In this document: positions 57,201 to 64,000 of the stretch, one piece after another
How positions within the stretch are numbered: the stretch's first letter is position 1
Layout of the letters: every line of letters starts with the position of its first letter
Assembly (NCBI GenBank): GCA_965202985.1
Contig: CBDBCF010000001.1
Span: 1,152,001 to 1,216,000, forward strand
Length of the DNA stretch: 64,000 nt
From: Longimicrobiales bacterium
Lineage (GTDB): Bacteria; Gemmatimonadota; Gemmatimonadetes; Longimicrobiales; Gaopeijiaceae
Direction of reading: 5' to 3'
Position numbers and translations under genes: made by a program
Notes under the pieces: model-generated
The model's input: the letters and a program-made list of their open reading frames with translations, nothing else
The model's database searches: none
What the model was told of the DNA's origin: nothing

Positions 57201-58046
57201 GTGAACCGCCCGACGAGCGCGAGGCAGCTGGGCGCCTGGCACAGCGGGCGAAGCTTCACGGCCGCCCTTCCGATGCTGGCGCTCCTGGCCTTGCCCGTGG
57301 TGGGGCTGGCTGCGGCTTCTTCGCCCTCCGACCTGCTCGCGGGCGTTCGGGATCCGCTGTTCGCGCCCGCCCTGTGGCTCAGCATGTGGACCACGGCGGC
57401 CAGCTTGGCGCTGGTGGTGGCGGCCGGCACCCCCTTGGCGTGGTGGCTGGCCGGCGCCTCGGGTCCGCGCGCGCGGGCCGCAGCCACGCTGGTGGACCTG
57501 CCCGTCGTGCTTCCGCCGGCCGTCCTGGGCATCGCCCTCCTGGAGACCTTTGGCCGACGGGGCCTGCTCGGGCCGGCCCTGGACACCCTGAACCTGGGGC
57601 TTCCCTTCACCAGCGGCGCCGTGGTGCTGGCCCAGGTGGTGGTGTCCGCCCCGTTCTACGTCCAGGGGGCCGTCGCCGCCTTCAAGGGCGTGGACCCGGA
57701 CCTGCTGGTCGTGGCGCGCACCTTGGGCCGGGGCTCCGCTGCCGTCTTCTTCCGCGTCGCCGTGCCGCTGGCGCTTCCGGGGCTTGTGGCCGGCGCGGGC
57801 CTTGCCTGGGCGCGGGCGCTGGGCGAGTTCGGCGCCACCCTGCTGTTCGCGGGCAACTTCCCGGGCGCCACGCAGACCCTGCCGCTGGCGATCTACGCGG
57901 CGCTGGAGTCGAGTCCCCAGGCAGCCGCGGCGCTGGCGCTGGTGCTGGCAGCGGCGGGCGCGTGCCTGCTTCTGCCCCTGCGCGTGCTGCCCGCCGTCCT
58001 GGACCGGCGGCACGGCCGGCGCAGTGGCCGGCGTTCCCCGGCCTGA
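57201..58046 (+). CDS. modB: Molybdate ABC transporter permease
   Basis: [25 protein letters not shown] and TQTLPLAIY motifs. Confidence 0.93.
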   Translation: MNRPTSARQLGAWHSGRSFTAALPMLALLALPVVGLAAASSPSDLLAGVRDPLFAPALWLSMWTTAASLALVVAAGTPLAWWLAGASGPRARAAATLVDLPVVLPPAVLGIALLETFGRRGLLGPALDTLNLGLPFTSGAVVLAQVVVSAPFYVQGAVAAFKGVDPDLLVVARTLGRGSAAVFFRVAVPLALPGLVAGAGLAWARALGEFGATLLFAGNFPGATQTLPLAIYAALESSPQAAAALALVLAAAGACLLLPLRVLPAVLDRRHGRRSGRRSPA

Positions 58047-58049
58047 CCC

Positions 58050-58790
58050 TTGGATTGGCACGTCCGCATCCGCGCCCGGGCGGGCACCTTCGCCTTGAAG
58101 GCCGAGCTTGCGGGCGCCGCCCAACCGGTGGCGATCGTCGGTCCCAACGGCTCGGGCAAGACCACGCTGCTTCGCGTCGTTGCGGGCGCGCACCCGGCGG
58201 ACGAAGGACGGATCGAAGTCGCGGGCCGGGTTCTCTTCGACGCTGCCCTGGGGATCGACTTGCCGCCCGACGGGCGTCGGGTCGGATACGTCCCGCAGGG
58301 ACATGGCCTGTTCCCGCACATGACCGTAGCCCGCAACGTGGCGTTCGGGGCGGGCGCCGGGCGGGGCGCGGAGGCCGGTGCGCAGGCAATCGGTCGCCGC
58401 GTCGCCGAGCTGCTGGAGACGGTGGGGTGCGCCCACCTGGCGGACCGCAGACCCGGCGAGATCTCGGGAGGCGAGAGCCAGCGGGTCGCCCTGGCGCGGG
58501 CCCTGGCCGCCGCGCCCGACATCCTTCTCATGGACGAGCCCCTGTCGGCGATGGACGCGCTGGCGCGACGGGAGCTTCGGACTTATCTGGCGCGGTACTT
58601 GGCCGACTGGCGAAGGCCCGCCCTGGTGGTCACGCACGACCTCTTGGACCTTCGCGCATTGGCCCCCCGGCAAGTCTACGTCTTGGAGGACGGCGTGGTC
58701 GTGCAAAGCGGCCCCCCGAGCGCGGTGGCCGCCCGTCCTCGAACGCCCTTCGTCGCTGCCTTCTTCCAGTCGGCGGCCAACCCGGCTTGA
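58050..58790 (+). CDS. modC: Molybdate ABC transporter ATP-binding protein
   Basis: GPNGSGKTT, LFPHMTV, ISGGESQR and LLMDEP motifs. Confidence 0.9.
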   Translation: MDWHVRIRARAGTFALKAELAGAAQPVAIVGPNGSGKTTLLRVVAGAHPADEGRIEVAGRVLFDAALGIDLPPDGRRVGYVPQGHGLFPHMTVARNVAFGAGAGRGAEAGAQAIGRRVAELLETVGCAHLADRRPGEISGGESQRVALARALAAAPDILLMDEPLSAMDALARRELRTYLARYLADWRRPALVVTHDLLDLRALAPRQVYVLEDGVVVQSGPPSAVAARPRTPFVAAFFQSAANPA

Positions 58791-58797
58791 CGCCCCC

Positions 58798-59556
58798 CTA
58801 ACGGCCGCCGCTGGGCTCGGGCGTCTCCCCTTGCAGAAGCATGTAGCGAACGGTGAACGAAAGCACGCCGTTCAGGAGCTCCGCTTGCGGCGCTCGGTTC
58901 ACGGACCGAAGGCCGGCCTCGTAGCGGACTCCGGCAACGGCCACGCCGAACAGGTCGGTTTCGATCCCCACCACCACGCCAGCGTCGATGGACTGGCGGG
59001 CGAAGCCGAGAATGCTCTTGCAGGCCAAGCCCCCGCGCCGGCACTGCAGGGGCAACCCGAGAGACGCGCCGCCGAGCAGCGTCGGAAGGAGGGACGGTCC
59101 GGGCGCCGGTCGCACCTGGAGCAGGATCGGCAACTGAAGGTACGACACGTTGAACTCGGCGCCGCCCCGGCCGCTTCCGGCCGTGACGACCCGCGCGCCC
59201 TTGGCCGAGTAGTGGAGCTCCGGCCGGATCGAGAAGCTCCCGGCGACCGGAAGCTCGACCACGGCGCCGAGCATGACGCCCCCGCGACGCCCCGCGACCG
59301 AGACGGAGCTGCTTCCGGTGAACGTGGCCGAGTTGAAGCCGCCGATGACGCCGACCGACGGCTGGGCGGCGCCGCTGGCGCCAGGGGCCGCCAGCAACAG
59401 GGAAACACCGAACAGCGCGACGACGGTCGGAGTCGCCGGCGGCAGGGATCCACGCCCGCAGATCCGAACCGCGCGTCGGTTGCGGCCGGCCGCGCTCGCG
59501 TTGTCCCGAGCCGCGCGACAGTTGCGCCGGACGCCTATAGGGGACCGTCCTCCCAT
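58798..59556 (-). CDS. Outer-membrane beta-barrel (porin-family) protein
   Basis: GVIGGFN, IRPELHYSAKG, YLQLPILL and RYEAGL motifs; start uncertain. Confidence 0.75.
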   Translation of the reverse strand: MGGRSPIGVRRNCRAARDNASAAGRNRRAVRICGRGSLPPATPTVVALFGVSLLLAAPGASGAAQPSVGVIGGFNSATFTGSSSVSVAGRRGGVMLGAVVELPVAGSFSIRPELHYSAKGARVVTAGSGRGGAEFNVSYLQLPILLQVRPAPGPSLLPTLLGGASLGLPLQCRRGGLACKSILGFARQSIDAGVVVGIETDLFGVAVAGVRYEAGLRSVNRAPQAELLNGVLSFTVRYMLLQGETPEPSGGR

Positions 59557-60989
59557 GGGCCCCAAAGGGCGTAGGTGCCGCTCGGGGTCGTGCCTCCGAC
59601 TTCGCGCGAACCTTGCACGTTGAAGAAGAGGACGCGGCCGTCCGGGCTGAAGCACGATCCGGCGAACTCGCCGGGCTGGGGCGCACCGGCGGCCCGCGGC
59701 GACCGCACCAAGTTCACGATCCGGCCGTCCCGGTCCAGGCCTCGAACGTACTGGTCGTCGCTGCCGTCCTCGCACATGATCAGGCCGCCCCGGGGGCTGA
59801 GCACGATGTTGTCCGGGCTGTCCAACACATCGTGGGACGGCGACTCGAAGACGAGCGTCAGCTGTCCCGCGTCGTCCGACAGGGGGCGGTAGTGGAAGAC
59901 CTGCCCCGCGCGCGCGTCTCCACCGTTCGTGGACACGACGTAGATGCCGTCGTCGCCGTGGAACGCGCCCTCCAGCCGAGCGAAGCGCGCCGCGCCCTTG
60001 GCCACGCCCTGCTTGAAGACGGCCAGGGGGTCGTCCTCCGCGGCCTCGGGGTCGGGGTCGTCGATCTCCACCCAGTGCACCGGCAGCACCGTGCCCGGAG
60101 CCTGGTCGCGGGCGGTCAAGTATCCGGGCCGCCCGTCCACCGCCATCATCTGCAGCCGGCCTCCGGCGGCCAGCTCGCCGGGGCGGTCGGGCAAAAAGCG
60201 ATAGAGGCCGGCGCCGGGCAGCTCGGGCCGTCCGGGGCGCGCCGGCACGTACCAGGTGTCCTCGGTCTCGTAGACGATCCCCGTGTCCGGGTCCACCGCC
60301 ACCGCCTCGTGAACGAACCGCCCCATGTCGCGCAGCGGAACGGGGTCCACCGGGCCGGTGGCGGCCGCGGGCACCTCGAAGACGTACCCGTGGGGCTGGC
60401 CGAAGCCGTGGGAGCGCCCCGACGTGATCTCTTCGCAGGACAGCCAGCTCCCCCAGGGGGTCGGGCCGCCGGCGCAGTTGACGCGCGTGCCGGCCAGCGA
60501 CACGAACTCGTCCACCAGCTCGATTTCGACATCGGCGCCGCCCCCGGCGCTCCCGCCGATCCGCACCTCCAGCGAGGTCGTGCCCCCACTCCCCTTGTCG
60601 TCGTAGTGCGGCGACCCGACGGGCCTTGCCGTGGCGGCGTCGTCCACCATCTCGTGGTTGCGGATCAGCCGCACGTTGCCGTTGGGCAGCGGGAACGCCG
60701 CCATGCCGTCGAAGGCGTTGGGCACGTGGAGGCCTTCGCGGACGGCGGAAGGGACGCCCCCGGAGCCGATGCGGACGCACTGGAACCGCTCCGGCACCTC
60801 CAGTTCGGAACAGTCGGGGCTCGGGACCAGCCTGCCGTAGGGCGCGGCGAACATGTCGGATCGCGCCAGGCGGGCGTCGCTCCAGCGGGCCAGTCCCTGC
60901 AAGGACGGCGCGAAGACGGCGGCACCCCCGGCGGCCCCGAGGGCCTTCAGAAACGATCGACGAGCAAACGGACGGCGAACAAGAGACAT
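59535..60989 (-). CDS. phoX: PhoX-family (DUF839) Tat-exported alkaline phosphatase
   Basis: Tat signal ARRSFLK; DGMAAF, RNHE, NCAGG, SCEE, MGRFVHEA, SPDNI, CEDG and EFAGSCF motifs. Confidence 0.9.
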   Translation of the reverse strand: MSLVRRPFARRSFLKALGAAGGAAVFAPSLQGLARWSDARLARSDMFAAPYGRLVPSPDCSELEVPERFQCVRIGSGGVPSAVREGLHVPNAFDGMAAFPLPNGNVRLIRNHEMVDDAATARPVGSPHYDDKGSGGTTSLEVRIGGSAGGGADVEIELVDEFVSLAGTRVNCAGGPTPWGSWLSCEEITSGRSHGFGQPHGYVFEVPAAATGPVDPVPLRDMGRFVHEAVAVDPDTGIVYETEDTWYVPARPGRPELPGAGLYRFLPDRPGELAAGGRLQMMAVDGRPGYLTARDQAPGTVLPVHWVEIDDPDPEAAEDDPLAVFKQGVAKGAARFARLEGAFHGDDGIYVVSTNGGDARAGQVFHYRPLSDDAGQLTLVFESPSHDVLDSPDNIVLSPRGGLIMCEDGSDDQYVRGLDRDGRIVNLVRSPRAAGAPQPGEFAGSCFSPDGRVLFFNVQGSREVGGTTPSGTYALWGPWEDGPL

Positions 60990-61095
60990 GGCGGGGCCTG
61001 CGGTCGCGCAGTACTTTGCTGGGAGCGGGGCCTTGGGCGGGCGCGCCAAGGCGGACACGCGAAAGGTATCGGCGAACAGCGGAAAAGGAACAACC

Positions 61096-61290
61096 ATGAG
61101 GAACGACGACGGACGCGGAGCGGGTTGGAAGTTGCGGGCGGCATGGAACCGGCGCGACTTCATCAAGGCCGCGGCGGCCGCGGGCGCGCTCGCGGGAACC
61201 GGGTGCGGGCCGGGAACCCAGCAGTCCGACGACACCGGCGGCTACGGGGACCCCGCAACGTCCCCACCCCCCCCCCCATGTCGATCCTGA
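61096..61290 (+). CDS. Tat/lipoprotein signal-peptide ORF, out of frame with the downstream epimerase
   Basis: AAGGA RBS; NRRDFIKAAAAAGALAGTGC; ends just past the C11 tract. Confidence 0.6.
   Translation: MRNDDGRGAGWKLRAAWNRRDFIKAAAAAGALAGTGCGPGTQQSDDTGGYGDPATSPPPPPCRS
61267..61277 (+). repeat. Poly-C11 homopolymer at the frameshift junction
   Basis: tccccaCCCCCCCCCCCatg. Confidence 0.85.
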
Positions 61291-62330
61291 TCCTGGGCGG
61301 CACCGGCTTCATCGGTCCCCACATGGTGGAGTACGCCCAGGCCCGAGGCCACGAAGTCACCCTCTTCAACCGGGGTCGCACCAACACGCACCTGTTCCCG
61401 GAGCTGGAGAAGCTGGTCGGCGACCGCGCGTCGGACTTGACGGCCTTGGAGGGCCGCCGGTGGGACGCCGTGATCGACAACTCGGGGTACATCGAGCGCC
61501 ACTGCCGGAGTTCGGCGGAGGTCCTGTCCGACTCGGGGCGCTACGTGTTCATCTCGACGCTCTCCGCGTACAAGGACCTGGCCACGCCGGGGATCACGGA
61601 GGACTACGAGCTGGCCCGGCTGCCCGACCCCGCCATGGCCGAATCCGACGAGCGGACGGGGCAGACCTACGGCCCCTTCAAGGCGCTGTGCGAAGAGGCG
61701 GTCCAGGCGGTGTTCGGCGAGCGCGCCACGATCGTGCGGCCCGGCTACATCGTCGGACCTCGCGACGGCACGGACCGCTGGACCTACTGGCCGGTGCGGG
61801 CGGCGGCAGGCGGGACGATGGCCGTGCCCGGTTCGCCCGAGGACGCCGTGCAGTTCATCGACGCCAGGGACCTGGGCGCGTGGGTGGTCCGCATGGTTGA
61901 GAACGACGCGAGCGGAGAGTTCAACGCCGTGGGACCCGTCGAGCCCGTCAGCATGGCCTCCATGCTGGAGGCGTGTCGGAGCGTCAGCGGGAGCGACGCC
62001 GAGTTCCAGTGGGTGGACGCGGAGTTCGCGCGCGACCAGGGCGTGGTGTTCCCGATCTGGGCGCCGCCGGGCGAGGGCGACTTCGGCGCCGTGCACCGCG
62101 TCGACAACGCGCGAGCCGTGGAAGCCGGCTACACCAGCCGGCCGATCGAGGAGACGATCCGGGACACGCTGGCTTGGTGGAACGAGATCGCGCCCGACGA
62201 ACGGGCGGACGGGATGCGCTCCGGGTTGCGGAAGCCGCCGGAGCTGGCGTTCAGGGAGCCGGCGACGATGGAAGCCATGATGGAGGTCGAGGCCGCGCTG
62301 CTGGAGGCGTGGTCGGCCCGAAACAGCTAG
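61278..62330 (+). CDS. NAD-dependent epimerase/dehydratase (atypical SDR, isoflavone reductase-like)
   Basis: ILILGGTGFIG, FNRGRT, YGPFKALCE and RPGYIVGP motifs. Confidence 0.9.
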   Translation: MSILILGGTGFIGPHMVEYAQARGHEVTLFNRGRTNTHLFPELEKLVGDRASDLTALEGRRWDAVIDNSGYIERHCRSSAEVLSDSGRYVFISTLSAYKDLATPGITEDYELARLPDPAMAESDERTGQTYGPFKALCEEAVQAVFGERATIVRPGYIVGPRDGTDRWTYWPVRAAAGGTMAVPGSPEDAVQFIDARDLGAWVVRMVENDASGEFNAVGPVEPVSMASMLEACRSVSGSDAEFQWVDAEFARDQGVVFPIWAPPGEGDFGAVHRVDNARAVEAGYTSRPIEETIRDTLAWWNEIAPDERADGMRSGLRKPPELAFREPATMEAMMEVEAALLEAWSARNS

Positions 62331-62446
62331 CAGGCCGGCCCAAGAAGTCTTCCTGGCCACAAGATTCCCTGGCAACATCGGCGATCCTCGGGGCTACGGA
62401 ATACGGTTGCAGCGGGCGGGAAGCCTCGTCGTTTCATCGAAAACGA

Positions 62447-62598
62447 CGCATTTTGCTACCATCGAGTGTCGCATATTGCACGTTTCTATCGTGACAAACT
62501 GCGCAGGCCGAGGGGTCCACGTGTCTTATAAGTCTTTGTCTGACAATATCTTATGGACTTGTGGTGGCATCATTCGAAACAGTGGCACGGAATTTGCT
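62447..62598 (+). promoter_or_regulatory. sigma54 promoter with IHF-like site and upstream enhancer-like repeats
   Basis: TGGCAC-GGAAT-TTGCT at 62583-62598; TAAGTCTTTG-N5-CAATATCTTA at 62529-62553; CGCATwTTGC at 62447 and 62470. Confidence 0.7.
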
Positions 62599-62661
62599 GT
62601 GGTTATCGACAACCTTGCCCCCCATCAAGCCTCCAAAAGACATCCAGCACAAAGGCCGGAC

Positions 62662-63831
62662 ATGACCCTGCCACAAGATCTGCTCGAATCTCCCTCGGCC
62701 CATTCGCACCATACCAAACTTGAAGGCTGTTGGCCGCTGTTCTTGCTCATCGGACTAGTTGCGGGGTGCTCGGAACCCAGATCGGCACACCAACGCGCCA
62801 TCCCAATCACTCTGCCTGTGGGCGAGCCGGAGTTGGTCGTCACGATTCTGGACACCCTACGTACGGGAGACGGCGCCGTTCTAGCCGATCCGATCGGCAT
62901 CTTCGAAGACCGCCTTGGACGATACATAGCTGTTGATCGCTCCGACAAGGACATTAAGGTTTATGGCGACGATGGAGAGTTTACAAGTACGGTAGGGAGG
63001 CCGGGATCGGGCCCAGGAGAATTTGAAGTGCTTTGGGGTGGAGGCGTCACGCGAGGTGACTCTGTCTTCGGATATGACTTCGCAGATTTATCTGTCGAGA
63101 TGTTCGACGCCAATGGAACCGTAGGGCGAACATTCTCGATCGGCGACGGTTTCTTGGTACCTTCATCTGTTGCTTCGTTTGGCCACAACGCCTTGCTCGT
63201 ATCATACTTTCCGCTTGGAGCGACGGCCGACAACCTGCTTCACGTTGTAGACTTGCACTCCCATGCCGGCCCCCGCTTTGCGAATTTTGCTCATTACCTG
63301 GAAGGAGCTCCCCCCGCCGTTCTGCAGGAGTCCATTGTTCATGCTGACGCCCACGACGGCCTAGTTGTGGTAGGCATGCGTGGTTATGATTCCATCGCCG
63401 CATACACTGATAATGGCAAACGCATTGCTGCCGTGCGGTTGCCCGACGACTTGGTTGCATCCACTTACCGCCGAGCAATTGAATCTAGGGGTGGTGACGC
63501 TCAACGTGCTGACGGTACATTTGTAACCGACAGCATAGAAGCCGTTACGAGCATCTTGGTAATCGACGGGTCAACTGCTCTGGTGCAGATCGCATCCGTA
63601 GATGCCATTAGCCCTCTTGTTGACCTTACCGCAGGAGGAAGCTATTTAGTAGTGCTCGTTGATCAAGCTGCTCAGGTAATGCGTGTAGTATCAATCGGTC
63701 GAAAGAGCTGGGGATTGATCGGAAGACATCAGTCTGGCGATGCTTTGCTGGCCAGGTATGTCGGGGCGCTGTACGATGCCGTCGAGATCGCCTCGGCACG
63801 TGTGCACTATCGGATGGCGACCAATGAATGA
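62662..63831 (+). CDS. 6-bladed beta-propeller lipoprotein (low GC)
   Basis: Lipobox LVAGC; YIAVDRSDKDIKVY and GRPGSGPGEF motifs; visibly lower GC than the flanking DNA. Confidence 0.78.
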   Translation: MTLPQDLLESPSAHSHHTKLEGCWPLFLLIGLVAGCSEPRSAHQRAIPITLPVGEPELVVTILDTLRTGDGAVLADPIGIFEDRLGRYIAVDRSDKDIKVYGDDGEFTSTVGRPGSGPGEFEVLWGGGVTRGDSVFGYDFADLSVEMFDANGTVGRTFSIGDGFLVPSSVASFGHNALLVSYFPLGATADNLLHVVDLHSHAGPRFANFAHYLEGAPPAVLQESIVHADAHDGLVVVGMRGYDSIAAYTDNGKRIAAVRLPDDLVASTYRRAIESRGGDAQRADGTFVTDSIEAVTSILVIDGSTALVQIASVDAISPLVDLTAGGSYLVVLVDQAAQVMRVVSIGRKSWGLIGRHQSGDALLARYVGALYDAVEIASARVHYRMATNE

Positions 63832-64000
63832 CAGAACCCGTAGTGGGCTTCGAGACTCGCTGCTCGTGATCGTCGGCTTGATCGTGGTATTCGTGGCGAG
63901 CGTTGCAGTTGGGTCGCGAATCAGCTGGCTTGGCGAGTGGCTACGTGACAGCCCGTCTATCGCCGGTGAGGTTCACAACGTCCCGGCTGTGGCCGTACCA
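63824..64000 (+). CDS. N-terminally membrane-anchored protein, partial (runs off window)
   Basis: ATG overlaps the end of the previous gene; MNDRTRSGLRDSLLVIVGLIVVFVASVAVG.., open to the window end. Confidence 0.55.
   Translation, partial: MNDRTRSGLRDSLLVIVGLIVVFVASVAVGSRISWLGEWLRDSPSIAGEVHNVPAVAVP

Overview
High-GC bacterial chromosomal window with about 57 CDS, two tRNAs (Arg-CCG, Lys-CTT) and the RNase P RNA. No rRNA, CRISPR array, integrase or transposase was seen. The gene repertoire (many 6-bladed beta-propeller lipoproteins, a VPS10/BNR protein, a plug-only TonB-like lipoprotein, GPP34, IYD) resembles Gemmatimonadota, possibly a marine or sponge-associated lineage; this is inference only. 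Core genes (leuS, tkt, fbaB, ppk1, ppk2, menF-like, manA-like, modABC, phoX) alternate with accessory modules: an ABC/AAA ATPase + TOPRIM-like (DUF3226-like) pair, a Fic + HEPN/MNT toxin-antitoxin cluster, an orphan C5 methyltransferase and three separate beta-propeller cassettes. The best candidate for an undescribed system is this set of cassettes. One is led by a small secreted 4-Cys peptide, one is coupled to an ABC exporter and fused in frame to an aquaporin, and one sits behind a complete sigma54 promoter with an IHF-like site and enhancer-like repeats. Also notable are a CBS-regulated glutamate ligase/M14 hydrolase pair beside an iodotyrosine deiodinase, a possible split plug + barrel receptor, and a poly-C frameshift that separates a Tat signal from its enzyme. 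All product calls come from motif recognition by eye, with no database searches. Start codons are best estimates.
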